Part shown: one piece after another, positions 48,960 to 58,442 of the stretch | Position numbering within the stretch: the stretch's first letter is position 1 | Layout: the number at the start of each line of letters is the position of its first letter | NCBI GenBank assembly: GCA_021325135.1 | Contig: JAJPHT010000010.1 | Location: 1-61,176, forward strand | Length of the DNA: 61,176 nucleotides | Direction of reading: 5' to 3' | Source of the DNA: Pseudomonadota bacterium | GTDB taxonomy: Archaea > Thermoplasmatota > SW-10-69-26 > JACQPN01 > JAJPHT01 | Notes under the pieces: model-generated | The model's database searches: none | The model's input: only the letters and a program-made list of their open reading frames with translations | Told to the model about the DNA's origin: nothing | Translations under genes and position numbers: made by a program

Positions 48960-51900
48960 CTACTGGCGCGTCAGGCGCACGTCGAAGTGGCGGACCTCGC
49001 CGACGCCCACGACGAGCGTCTGGTTGGCCGAGTACTTCGTGCCGTCCGCGCCGGTGAAGGTCGCGGTGACGACGTAGGAGCCGGGCGCGAGGTTGACGCT
49101 GTACGAGCCGTCGCTCTGCGTGAACGCGCTGGCGGCCTTGGCGCCGTTGGGCGCGGTGGCGTTGGCGTCGGGCGCGAACGAGAGGCTCGTGAACGTCGCC
49201 GTCTCGTTGGCGCCGTCGTTCAGGCCGTTGTCGTTGAGGTCGGCGAACGCGGTGCCGTTCACGGCGGCCGCGCGCGGCTCCAGTCCGATGGCGGCCTTGA
49301 CCGTCTCGTCGGGCTTCACGGTGACCGTGGCGCTCGCGGAGGTCACGTTGCGCTGCGCGTCGGCGACGTTGACGTCCTGGACGCCCGCGGGCACGTTGGC
49401 GAGGGTGAAGTTGCCCGCCGCGTCGGTGACCGCGCTCTTGCCGCCGATGGTCAGCGTCTCGTTGGCGACCAGCGTGTCGTTGTTGGCGTTGTACTGGCCG
49501 TTGCCGTCCTTGTCGTCGTAGACGAAGCCCGCGACCGTGCCGGGGCGGAGGTTGAGGTCGCCCGGGAGCTGCGTCTGCTTCTCGGCGTCCTCGCGCGTGA
49601 TGCCCAGGTGGAGGCGGCCCACCTCGGCGCCGTTGCGCGTGGCGACGATCGTCGTGTTGCCGCCGGGCATGGCGAAGGGCGCGATCAGCGAGTAGTGGCC
49701 GCTGGCGTCCGTCGTCACGCTGGCGTGGGGCACGTCGAAGTTGTCGCTGGAGAGCTGCGAGCGCACCGAGGGGTCCACCGTGTTGAGGAGGATCTGGCCC
49801 GCGTCGTCGTAGGCCGTGACGGTGACGCCGGACTGGGGCTGCCCGTCCTGCGTGATGGTGCCCTGCACGATGGCGCCGGGGTAGTACTCCAGCATCTTGA
49901 GCGCCTGGTTGGCGTACACGAGGCGGAAGTGCTCCAGGCCGTAGCCGGGCGCGGGCGCGTTGAGCGCCTGCGCCAGGGTGTCGCCCAGGACGGGCTGGCC
50001 GGGCTGCGAGGGCGGCACGGGGCGGCCCACGTAGGCGCGGTAGAACATCGAGTTGAAGAACGTGTCCTGGTACTCGAGGCGCTCGCTGGTGGCCTGCACG
50101 CGGCGGGTGGGGTCGCGCAGGAGCTGGTTGTACTGGTCCTGCGTGAGGTACTGGTTGGTGCCCACCGAGTACTTCGTCGTGACGTAGTCGTCGGGGTTGC
50201 GGCCCGCGAGCTTCACCGGCGCGTAGAAGATGCTCGGCTCGTCGATGGTGGGCGACGTGTTGGGGTCCGGGTTGTCGTAGGGCAGCATGCGGACGTCCGC
50301 GGCGTAGTAGCGGATCTTCTTGCCCGTGCTGGCCTCCAGGCTCGCGAGGAGCTTGGCGCTCTGCGCGAGGTCCAGGTCGGGGACGTACTGGAAGCGGTGC
50401 AGCAGGTCGAGGTCGCCCGTGGCGTCCTTGCTGCCGGCGGCCGTGAGCGCGGACTGCGCGTTGGCGTTGGGCAGGTCCACGAGGCGCGCGGCCAGCAGCT
50501 GGACGGCGTGCGTCTCGTTCTGGCTGATGATGAAGTTGGCCGAGTACTCGTAGGCGTTCTGGAAGTTGTCCGCCACGGTGGGGTGGTTGCCCACGTAGAT
50601 GGCCCAGTGGCCGTAGTCCCACCACGAGAGGAAGGCGGGGCGGTCCGCAAGGTTGCTCACGTTGTGGTCCCACGAGTCGAGCCAGGTGAGGCCGTCCTCC
50701 CAGTAGCTGGGGAGGAAGCCCTCGCCGTAGGCGCCAAGCTCCTGCTGGACGAAGCCCTTGAGGAACGCGGAGTTGGTGTCGCTGGCCCACTTCGCCTCGT
50801 CGACGGGCGGGATGGCCGCGTCGGCCGCGAAGAGGGCGTTGGGGACGACCAGGAGCAGCACGATGAGCAGGACGCCCACGACGTGCATGGGGCGCACGCC
50901 CTTGCGGACGCCCTGGCCCGCGGCCATGGCCTTGCGGACGCGGCCGAAGTCGAGCCAGTCCCAGACCCACACGGTCATGAACGCGCCGAAGACGGCGAAG
51001 ACGGGGACCGCGTTGAACAGGAAGCGGGCCGCCGCGTGCGCCATGTAGAGCGCGACCGCGCCCAGCACGAGGAAGAAGAGCACCGCGCGGTTGGCGCGCT
51101 TCTTCTGCGTGAAGAGGACCACGAACCAGCCGATGAGGGCCAGGAAGAAGACCAGGGGCCCGACGCCGAAGACCATCTGCGAGAGGGGTGTCGTCTGCGC
51201 CTCGGCGATGGTGCTGTAGAGCGCGGTCTGCTTGAAGTAGACCGTGGCGTAGAGGAGCGACTTCGCGACGTCGGGGACGACGAAGAACGCCGCCAGGGCG
51301 CCCAGCACCGCGATGGCCAGCGCGATGGGGAAGACGAGGATGGTGGGCATGTCGCGCGTGGGCACGAGGATGAGGCCCGCGACGAAGAACGCGCCCACGA
51401 TGTACCACGGGGCCTGGAGGAAGTTGGTGACGCCCGCCTGCGCGTAGTACGGGTAGGCGAGGACCATGCCTACGAGCATGGCCAGGAGCGTGGCGACCCA
51501 GAGGCCCAGCGAGTCGCGGTTCCTCCAGTGGTCAAGGACCATCTGGAGGCCCGCGTAGAGGAACATGGCGCCGATCACGTAGGGGAAGCCCTTCCACATG
51601 AGGGCGACCGCGGCGATGCTGATGCCGGTGAGGAGCGCGTAGCCAAGGCCGAGGCGGCGCTCGCGGAAGAAGCGTCCCAGGCCCGAGGAGACCGCCGAGC
51701 CGTCGCGCCAGCGCGTCACCCAGTTGCCGTCGCCGCGGAAGTGCTCGATGGTCTTGACGTAGAACATGAACGCCAGCGTGGCGAAGAAGAGCACGGCGGC
51801 GTAGTGGCGCGAGTCGCCCAGGCCCGTGACGTCGATGGCCTCGGCGCTGAAGACCCAGAAGGCGGCCGCGACCAGGCCGACGCGGCGGTCGAAGAGCCAC

Positions 51901-52343
51901 TTGCCGGTGAAGTAGACGGGGATGAGCGTCAGCGCGCCGTAGACGGCGGGCGCCCACTCGGTGGCCCACCAGGTGGCGACCTGCAGCGAGGAGAGCCCGT
52001 GCGCCGCGTCGGCGCTGAAGAAGGGCGAGAGCAGCTGGCCCGCGATGGCCACCGACCACTGGTAGAGCGGCGGGTTGGGGTTGATGGAGCCGTACGGGTA
52101 GTTGAGCAGCGGGTCCTGGATCAGGGTGTGGTAGCCGTTCGCCTGGATGGAGTCGATGGCGCGCTTCTCGTAGTACGGGTCGGAGCCGCCGGAGAGGAGG
52201 AACTTGCCGCTCTCCTGGGCAGCGTCCAGGTTCCAGTACGCCCTCAGGAAGAGGGCCGCGAGAAAGAGGACGAGGAGCGTGAGGGCGACGGCCCAGCCGC
52301 GGCCCTTCGCCGGCTCCTGCGTGACGGTGGTTCGGACGGCCAT
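48960..52343 (-). CDS. aglB: Oligosaccharyltransferase AglB (STT3) with C-terminal Cna-B/SdrD-like repeats
   Basis: DPYY, TIAE, WWDYG, VADNFQ; multi-TM N-terminus; D.DGNG motifs. Confidence 0.93.
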   Translation of the reverse strand: MAVRTTVTQEPAKGRGWAVALTLLVLFLAALFLRAYWNLDAAQESGKFLLSGGSDPYYEKRAIDSIQANGYHTLIQDPLLNYPYGSINPNPPLYQWSVAIAGQLLSPFFSADAAHGLSSLQVATWWATEWAPAVYGALTLIPVYFTGKWLFDRRVGLVAAAFWVFSAEAIDVTGLGDSRHYAAVLFFATLAFMFYVKTIEHFRGDGNWVTRWRDGSAVSSGLGRFFRERRLGLGYALLTGISIAAVALMWKGFPYVIGAMFLYAGLQMVLDHWRNRDSLGLWVATLLAMLVGMVLAYPYYAQAGVTNFLQAPWYIVGAFFVAGLILVPTRDMPTILVFPIALAIAVLGALAAFFVVPDVAKSLLYATVYFKQTALYSTIAEAQTTPLSQMVFGVGPLVFFLALIGWFVVLFTQKKRANRAVLFFLVLGAVALYMAHAAARFLFNAVPVFAVFGAFMTVWVWDWLDFGRVRKAMAAGQGVRKGVRPMHVVGVLLIVLLLVVPNALFAADAAIPPVDEAKWASDTNSAFLKGFVQQELGAYGEGFLPSYWEDGLTWLDSWDHNVSNLADRPAFLSWWDYGHWAIYVGNHPTVADNFQNAYEYSANFIISQNETHAVQLLAARLVDLPNANAQSALTAAGSKDATGDLDLLHRFQYVPDLDLAQSAKLLASLEASTGKKIRYYAADVRMLPYDNPDPNTSPTIDEPSIFYAPVKLAGRNPDDYVTTKYSVGTNQYLTQDQYNQLLRDPTRRVQATSERLEYQDTFFNSMFYRAYVGRPVPPSQPGQPVLGDTLAQALNAPAPGYGLEHFRLVYANQALKMLEYYPGAIVQGTITQDGQPQSGVTVTAYDDAGQILLNTVDPSVRSQLSSDNFDVPHASVTTDASGHYSLIAPFAMPGGNTTIVATRNGAEVGRLHLGITREDAEKQTQLPGDLNLRPGTVAGFVYDDKDGNGQYNANNDTLVANETLTIGGKSAVTDAAGNFTLANVPAGVQDVNVADAQRNVTSASATVTVKPDETVKAAIGLEPRAAAVNGTAFADLNDNGLNDGANETATFTSLSFAPDANATAPNGAKAASAFTQSDGSYSVNLAPGSYVVTATFTGADGTKYSANQTLVVGVGEVRHFDVRLTRQ

Positions 52344-52574
52344 TGGGACACCTGAATCGGACCCGACGAGACCGAACGCGTCGCGTTCCCAGCCTCGGGG
52401 GGGCCCGGTCGCATCCCCTTTCCCCTATAAGAACCATGGGAGGCCCGGGAAACGCTCGGACCGGCATCCATCCGGGGTGCACGCCCTCGACCCTCGCCGG
52501 GCGCGCATTCATTACGATTATTCTTGAACCCCTTTCATGCGCTTGGCGCATTTTGGGAGCTCAAATAGGGTTGG

Positions 52575-52700
52575 CCCCTTAGTCAAGGGTCCAAAGAACG
52601 CGATGAGCGCGAGGAGCGCCAAGGTCGCAAAGGTTCCTTTCGTCGTCGCGTCCTTTCGCTCGTGGCGCTCGTCGCGTTCTTTGGACCCTGGACCAAAGGG
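52575..52700. repeat. Palindromic MITE/REP-like element, copy 2
   Basis: Same arms as 41611 and 55907; longest outer inverted repeat CCCCTTAGTCAAGGGTCC / GGACCCTGGACCAAAGGG. Confidence 0.85.
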
Positions 52701-52704
52701 CAAA

Positions 52705-53568
52705 TCAGGAGCGCCGCTCCTCGAACACGTCGGCGATCACCGGCGCGCATCCCACGGAGGAGACGGAGGTCTCCAGGGAGTCGGTGCAGACGACCTCGTC
52801 GCAGCCGGCGCCGCGGAGGCGCTCCAGGGCGTTGTTGAGGAAGAGGCCGTGCGTGCAGGCGGCCACGACCTTGCGGGCGCCCTGGCGCTTCAGCTCGGCG
52901 GCGGCCGTCGCGATGGTGCCGCCGGTGCTGATGATGTCGTCGAGGATGGCGACGGTCTTGCCCTTGACGTCCAGCGCCTTGGGCTTCATCACGACCTCGG
53001 TGCCCGAGAGACGCGTCTTCTCCATGTGGTCGAACTCGGCGCCCAGGCACTTGGCGGCGAACTGCGCGCGGTCCAGGGCGCCCTTGTCGGGGGCGAGCAC
53101 CGTGTCCACGCCGCGGCCCTCCAGGTGCTTCGCCAGGAGGGGCACCGCGCTGACGCCGTGCGCCTCGACGCCGAAGAAGCCCAGGATGTGCTCCTTGTGC
53201 GGGTCGACGGTGACGAAGCGGTCCGCCTTCAGTTCGAGGAGCTGCGCCACGGCCTTGGCGGAGACGATCTCGCCCTCCTGGAAGACGCGGTCCTGGCGGC
53301 TGTACGCGAAGTAGGGCACGACGACGCTGATCTCCGAGGCGCCCTGGTCGTGGGCCGCCTCCTCCAGGAAGAGAAGCTCCACGAGGGCGTTGGTGGGGTG
53401 CGTGGACTGCACGATGACGACGTGCTCGTCGCGGACGCCGCCCAGCATGCGCACGTAGACCTCGCCGTCGGGGAACACCTTGCGCTCGACGCCCACGACG
53501 TCCGCGCCCAGGATCCCCGCCAGCTCCTTCGCACACCGGTGAGAGGAGCTGCCCGCCACGACCTTCAT
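52705..53568 (-). CDS. prs: Ribose-phosphate pyrophosphokinase (archaeal class III type)
   Basis: FPDGE.YVR, PYFAYSRQD, VDPH, APDKGA, ILDDIISTGGT, CTHG. Confidence 0.95.
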   Translation of the reverse strand: MKVVAGSSSHRCAKELAGILGADVVGVERKVFPDGEVYVRMLGGVRDEHVVIVQSTHPTNALVELLFLEEAAHDQGASEISVVVPYFAYSRQDRVFQEGEIVSAKAVAQLLELKADRFVTVDPHKEHILGFFGVEAHGVSAVPLLAKHLEGRGVDTVLAPDKGALDRAQFAAKCLGAEFDHMEKTRLSGTEVVMKPKALDVKGKTVAILDDIISTGGTIATAAAELKRQGARKVVAACTHGLFLNNALERLRGAGCDEVVCTDSLETSVSSVGCAPVIADVFEERRS

Positions 53569-53834
53569 GTCCGGGGGCACGCGCGGCGCCGTGAAAAGCG
53601 TTTGGCTGGAGCGGCGCGTGCGCTTCCTGTGGAGCGCGAGGACCACCCTTGGGGGACCGCGGACGCCTGCCTGCCCGACCCCTCGTTTCCCCAGGGAAAA
53701 CGCATCGACGTCTCCGGCCTCTCGCCCACGAGTCTTCCTCCCTTACGAGAAGCCTTAAAGGTGTGGAGGCGTAAGGCGGGGACAAGCCCCGGCGTCGATC
53801 GTTTCTCGGCGTCGGATACGGGATTCGGGACAAC

Positions 53835-55838
53835 ATGCAGAAACAGACACTCCCCCCTGTGGACGAGTGGATCGAGCGCGAGGAGTTCGCGACGACGGCG
53901 GAGGTCGCCGTCCCGGACAAGCTCATCGACCAGGTCATCGGCCAGGAGCGCGCCGTCGAGGTCATCCGGAAGGCCGCCGAGCAGCGGCGCCACGTGATGC
54001 TCATCGGCGACCCCGGCACCGGCAAGTCGATGCTCGCCCGCTCCATGACCGAGCTTCTCCCCCACGAGGAGCTTGAGGACACCATCGCGTACCCCAACCA
54101 GGAGGACCCGCATGCTCCGCGCATCCGCGTGGTCCCCGCCGGGAAGGGGAAGGAGATCGTGCAGGCCCAGAAGGCCGAGGCCAACCGCAAGCAGGAGCGC
54201 AAGGCGACCTTGCAGCTGCTCCTCATGCTGGGCATCGGGCTCTTCGCGGTGCTGTTCTTCTTCCAGACGCGCGACCCCATGATCCTCATCTTCGGCATCA
54301 TCGCCGCGGCCATGCTCTTCATGGTCATGCGCCAGATGAGCCAGCGCGAGGCGGCTCTCGTCCCGAAGCTCCTCGTCACGCACACGCCCAACGAGAAGCC
54401 CCCCTTCGTCGACGCCACGGGCGCCCACGCAGGCAGCCTGCTGGGCGACGTGCGGCACGACCCGTTCCAGAGCGGCGGGCTTGAGACCCCCGCCCACGAG
54501 CGCGTGGAGCCCGGCGCCATCCACAAGGCGCACAAGGGCGTCCTCTTCGTGGACGAGATCAACCTCCTGCGCATGGAGAGCCAGCAGGCGCTCCTCACCG
54601 CAATCCAGGAGAAGAAGTTCCCCATCATGGGCCAGAGCGAGCGCAGCAGCGGCGCGATGGTCAAGACGGAATCGGTCCCGTGCGACTTCATCCTCGTCGC
54701 GGCCGGCAACATGGATGCGCTCAAGGGCCAGGAGGGCAACCCCTTCCACCCCGGCATGCACCCCGCGCTGCGCAGCCGCATCCGCGGCTACGGCTACGAG
54801 ATCTTCATGAACAACGACATGGACGACACGGCGGACAACCGCCGCAAGGTCATCCGGTTCGTGGCCCAGGAGGTCAAGCGCGACGGGAAGATCCCGCACT
54901 TCGAGCGCCCCGCCGTGGCGGAGATCATCCGCGACGCGCAGCGCCGCGCCGGCCGCCGCGGCCGCCTGACCCTCAGGCTCCGCGAGCTTGGCGGCCTGGT
55001 GCGCGTGGCGGGCGACATCGCGGTGGAGGAGAAGTCCCCCGTCGTCACCGTCGCGCATGTCCTCCGCGCCAAGAGCATGGCGCGCAGCCTGGAGCAGCAG
55101 GTGGCCGACCAGTACATCGAGCGCCGCAAGGAGTACCGCCAGTTCCGCACCACCGGCGGCGCCGTCGGCATGGTCAACGGCCTGGCCGTCATGGGCGGCG
55201 GCGAGGTCGGCGAGCCCAGCGGCATCGTCATGCCCATCGTGGCCGAGGTCACCCCCGCCGCCAACCGCGCCGAGGGGAAGATCATCGTCACGGGCAAGCT
55301 GGGCGAGATCGCCAAGGAGGCCGTGCAGAACATCAGCGCGGTCATCAAGAAGTACACGGGCCAGAACCTCAACGACCACGACATCCACGTGCAGTTCATC
55401 GGCACCTACGAGGGCGTCGAGGGCGACAGCGCGTCCATCAGCATCGCGACCGCGGTGCTCAGCGCGCTGGAGAACGTGGAGATCGACCAGAACGTCGCCA
55501 TGACCGGGAGCCTCTCGGTGCGCGGCGAGGTGCTGCCCATCGGCGGCGCCACGCCCAAGATCGAGGCCGCCGCGCAGGTGGGCATCAAGAAGGTCATCGT
55601 GCCCAAGGCGAACATGAACGACGTGCTCATCGAGGAGCGCTACCGCAGCATGGTGGAGATCGTCTACGTCGAGACCCTCGACGAGGTCCTCCAGCACGTG
55701 CTCATGCAGAGCGCCCAGAAGAAGAGCCTCGTCGACAAGCTCGCCGCCATCCTGCCCGCGCGCCTCAAGAGCCCCGTGCTCGATGGGGCCGCGGCCGTGG
55801 GCTCTCCCCCCGCGGTCGGCAGCGGCTCGGGCGCGTAG
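53835..55838 (+). CDS. lonB: Membrane-bound ATP-dependent protease LonB
   Basis: LIDQVIGQ, GDPGTGKS, two TM in the AAA domain, HDPFQSGG, VEGDSAS (Ser), PIGG.T.K (Lys). Confidence 0.96.
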   Translation: MQKQTLPPVDEWIEREEFATTAEVAVPDKLIDQVIGQERAVEVIRKAAEQRRHVMLIGDPGTGKSMLARSMTELLPHEELEDTIAYPNQEDPHAPRIRVVPAGKGKEIVQAQKAEANRKQERKATLQLLLMLGIGLFAVLFFFQTRDPMILIFGIIAAAMLFMVMRQMSQREAALVPKLLVTHTPNEKPPFVDATGAHAGSLLGDVRHDPFQSGGLETPAHERVEPGAIHKAHKGVLFVDEINLLRMESQQALLTAIQEKKFPIMGQSERSSGAMVKTESVPCDFILVAAGNMDALKGQEGNPFHPGMHPALRSRIRGYGYEIFMNNDMDDTADNRRKVIRFVAQEVKRDGKIPHFERPAVAEIIRDAQRRAGRRGRLTLRLRELGGLVRVAGDIAVEEKSPVVTVAHVLRAKSMARSLEQQVADQYIERRKEYRQFRTTGGAVGMVNGLAVMGGGEVGEPSGIVMPIVAEVTPAANRAEGKIIVTGKLGEIAKEAVQNISAVIKKYTGQNLNDHDIHVQFIGTYEGVEGDSASISIATAVLSALENVEIDQNVAMTGSLSVRGEVLPIGGATPKIEAAAQVGIKKVIVPKANMNDVLIEERYRSMVEIVYVETLDEVLQHVLMQSAQKKSLVDKLAAILPARLKSPVLDGAAAVGSPPAVGSGSGA

Positions 55839-55849
55839 GCTCTCGCCTC

Positions 55850-55905
55850 TTGGGGGCCCCCTCGTGGGGCCCTCCCTTCCCTTTTCCTTCGCTTCTCTCC
55901 ATTTC
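55850..55905 (+). terminator. Putative terminator after lonB
   Basis: GGGGCCCC/GGGGCCCT hairpin followed by a long pyrimidine tract. Confidence 0.5.
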
Positions 55906-55906
55906 T

Positions 55907-56030
55907 CTTGGTCAAGGGTCCAAAGAACGCGATGAGCGCGAAGAGCGCCAAGGTCGCAAAGTCTCCTTTCTCGTCGTCGCATCCTTTGCGCTCTTCGCGC
56001 TCATCGCGTTCTTTGGACCCCTGACCAGGG
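55907..56030. repeat. Palindromic MITE/REP-like element, copy 3
   Basis: Perfect 33-bp arms GGGTCCAAAGAACGCGATGAGCGCGAAGAGCGC (55916-55948) and reverse complement ending at 56020. Confidence 0.85.
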
Positions 56031-56082
56031 AGCATCCACGGAGCGAAAGCCCCAAACGCGAGCCCCGCGCATGCGTGGCCCG

Positions 56083-56625
56083 ATGACGGACCGCGGCCTC
56101 TTCCTGGGGAGATTCCAGCCCATGCACCTGGGCCACCTGGCGGTCCTCCAGCGCCTCGCGCGCCAGCACGACGAGGTCCTCGTGGGGATCGGCAGCGCGA
56201 ACGTGAGCCACACCCGGATGAACCCTTTCACCGGGGGCGAGCGCGTGGAGATGGTCCACGAGGCGTTGCGCGAGGCGGGCGTCTCCAACGCGCTGGTGCT
56301 CCCCATCCCCGACATCGGGCGCAACACGCTGTGGGTCTCCCACGTGGAGAGCCTGGTGCCGCGCTTCCGCGTGCTCTACACCAACAACCCGCTCCCCGCG
56401 CGCCTCTTCCGCGAGCGCGGCCACGAGGTGGCGCCCGCGCCCTTCCACGAGCGCGAGGTCTACAGCGGCACGCGCATCCGAGAGATGATGACCGAGGGCG
56501 ACGAGTGGATGGACCTCCTGCCCCCCGCCGTCGTGCGCGTGCTGCGCGAGTGCAAGGGCGTCCAGCGCCTGCGCGACGTCGCGACGCCCGACGGGGCCGT
56601 GGAAGGCTTCGACCCCACCGTGTGA
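56083..56625 (+). CDS. nadM: Nicotinamide-nucleotide adenylyltransferase (archaeal NMNAT)
   Basis: GRFQP.H.GH, IGSA, NPFT.GER, SGT.IR. Confidence 0.93.
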   Translation: MTDRGLFLGRFQPMHLGHLAVLQRLARQHDEVLVGIGSANVSHTRMNPFTGGERVEMVHEALREAGVSNALVLPIPDIGRNTLWVSHVESLVPRFRVLYTNNPLPARLFRERGHEVAPAPFHEREVYSGTRIREMMTEGDEWMDLLPPAVVRVLRECKGVQRLRDVATPDGAVEGFDPTV

Positions 56626-56628
56626 GCC

Positions 56629-57708
56629 TCACCCCGGCGAGAAGTCGAACGTGAAGAGCGCGCCGCCCGCGGGCAGCCGCACGGCGAGCGTGTGCGCCTC
56701 CACGGGGCCCGCGTACAGGTCGTAGCTGCGCGGCCCGTCGAGGCGCAGGCACGCGTTGGGGTCCACGTCGCGCCCCGCTAGGCTGGCCGGGATGGGCTGG
56801 CCGTCGAGGAACACCGCCGCGCACGCGCCCGCGGGGCCGTCGAGGACGGCGTTCGCGGCGCCTGCGCGAAAGAGCACGCTGGCGTTCTCGGGCGCGAGCG
56901 CGGTCACGTTCTCGTGCGTCTCGCGCCACGTCCCTTCCAGGTAGATGAGGTCGGGGTCGAGGCGCGAGACGGGCGCGTAGGCCACGTCCTGCCCTTCGTG
57001 ATAGCCTTCGGGGTTGCCGATGGCGACGCGCCCCTCGGCGGCGGAGGCGTACAGCTCCGGCGTGATGGCGCCCTCGTTCCCGGTGGCGTTGACGGCCTCG
57101 CCGGCGGGCGCCTTGGGCGCGTGCCCCGCCTCGGCGAGAAGCTGGCGGATCGCGGCCTCCGTCTGGTCGTAGTCCCCCTCGCCGAAGTGCGTGTCGCGCA
57201 CGCGGCCGTACTGGTCGATGAGGTACTCCGCGGGCCAGTAGCGGTTGCCGTAGGCGTCCCAGATCGCATAGTCCGAGTCGACCGCGGTGGGGTACGTGAG
57301 GTGATATCGTTCTCGCGCCCCGGCGATGTTGTCCACGTTCCGCTCGAAACCGAACTCCGGCGTGTGGACGCCCACCACCACGAGGCCGTCCCCCTTGTAG
57401 CGCTCGTAGAACCCCTCGACGTGGGGGAAGGTGTGGATGCAGTTGATGCAGGAGTAGGTCCAGAAGTCCACGAGCACGACGTGGCCGCGCAGGTCCGCGA
57501 CCTTGAGCGGCGCGCTGCCCAGCCAGGAGGTCGCGCCGCCGAAGTCGGGCGCCGCGGGGAAGGCGAGCTCCTGCGCGCTGAGGTTGGCGGGCGGCGGGGG
57601 CGCGGCGGAGGGGTTGCCGGCCCACGGCTTCTCGATGGCGAGGATGACGCCCCCGATGGCGACGAGGGCGAGGGCCAGGGCGATGCGGCGCTTCGTGTCG
57701 GGGTGCAT
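56629..57708 (-). CDS. Membrane-anchored thioredoxin/redoxin, DipZ C-terminal type
   Basis: VDFWTYSCINC, GVHTPEF.FE, N.YWPA.YLID, HFGEG.Y, TPELY, FTF.F. Confidence 0.9.
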   Translation of the reverse strand: MHPDTKRRIALALALVAIGGVILAIEKPWAGNPSAAPPPPANLSAQELAFPAAPDFGGATSWLGSAPLKVADLRGHVVLVDFWTYSCINCIHTFPHVEGFYERYKGDGLVVVGVHTPEFGFERNVDNIAGARERYHLTYPTAVDSDYAIWDAYGNRYWPAEYLIDQYGRVRDTHFGEGDYDQTEAAIRQLLAEAGHAPKAPAGEAVNATGNEGAITPELYASAAEGRVAIGNPEGYHEGQDVAYAPVSRLDPDLIYLEGTWRETHENVTALAPENASVLFRAGAANAVLDGPAGACAAVFLDGQPIPASLAGRDVDPNACLRLDGPRSYDLYAGPVEAHTLAVRLPAGGALFTFDFSPG

Positions 57709-57712
57709 GGGG

Positions 57713-58399
57713 TCACGTCAGGTAGCTGGTGAGGCGCGCGGCCTGCCCGGTGAAGACCGCGATGCCCAGGAGGATGAGGAGCACGCCGCCCACGATCTCG
57801 ATGACGCGCGAGGCGCGGGCGAAGCGGCGCAGCAGCGCGGCGCCTCGCTCCGCGGTGAGGCCAAGCGCCAGGAACGGCACGGCGAGCCCTAGGGCGTAGA
57901 CGCCCAGGAGGAGCGCGCCCTGCGCGGGGCTCGCGTCCAGGCCCGCCACGAGGAGGATGGAGGCGAGGATGGGGCCGACGCACGGGCTCCAGCCCACGCC
58001 GAACGCGGCGCCAAGCAGCAGCGCGCCCCCCGCGGGCCCCAGCGCGCCGGGCGCGGGGCCGTGATATCGCGCGTCCCGGTCCAGGATGCGCAGCCGCAGC
58101 AGGCCCGTCATGGCGAGGCCGAAGGCGATGATGAGCGCGCCGCCCACGCGCTCGGCCCACCGCAGCGGGACGCGCGCGCCCAGGCCCGAGCCCAGGAGGC
58201 CTGCAAGGAGCCCCAGCGCGACGAAGGCGACGCCGAAGCCCAGCACGAACGCGGCGACGACGAGCATGCGCCGCCCAAGCCTCCCCTGGGCGCTGCGCGC
58301 GAGGAACGCGACGTAGCCCGGCACGATGGGCACGATGCAGGGCGAGAAGAAGCTCGCCAGCCCGGCCCCGAACGCAAGCCACGGGGAGACGGTTGCCAC
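57713..58399 (-). CDS. ccdA: CcdA / DsbD transmembrane domain protein
   Basis: AG.ASFFSPC..P..PGY, GWSPCVGPIL, Y.LGL.VPF; start approximate. Confidence 0.9.
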   Translation of the reverse strand: MATVSPWLAFGAGLASFFSPCIVPIVPGYVAFLARSAQGRLGRRMLVVAAFVLGFGVAFVALGLLAGLLGSGLGARVPLRWAERVGGALIIAFGLAMTGLLRLRILDRDARYHGPAPGALGPAGGALLLGAAFGVGWSPCVGPILASILLVAGLDASPAQGALLLGVYALGLAVPFLALGLTAERGAALLRRFARASRVIEIVGGVLLILLGIAVFTGQAARLTSYLT

Positions 58400-58442
58400 A
58401 AGGCGGAGAGGGACCGCGCGGCTACATCCGGGTTTTCCCAGA

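Noticed and set aside
48762-52355. Very long antisense or alternate-frame ORFs (e.g. 48762-52355, 2796-5813, 34997-38440, 20093-23107, 53565-55982)
   Set aside because: Shadow ORFs of a high-GC genome: rich in R/G/A/P, no motifs, and overlapping well-supported genes.
41611-56030. CRISPR array interpretation of the 9-nt periodic repeats
   Set aside because: No repeat-spacer alternation, the copies are dispersed palindromes, and no cas genes are present.
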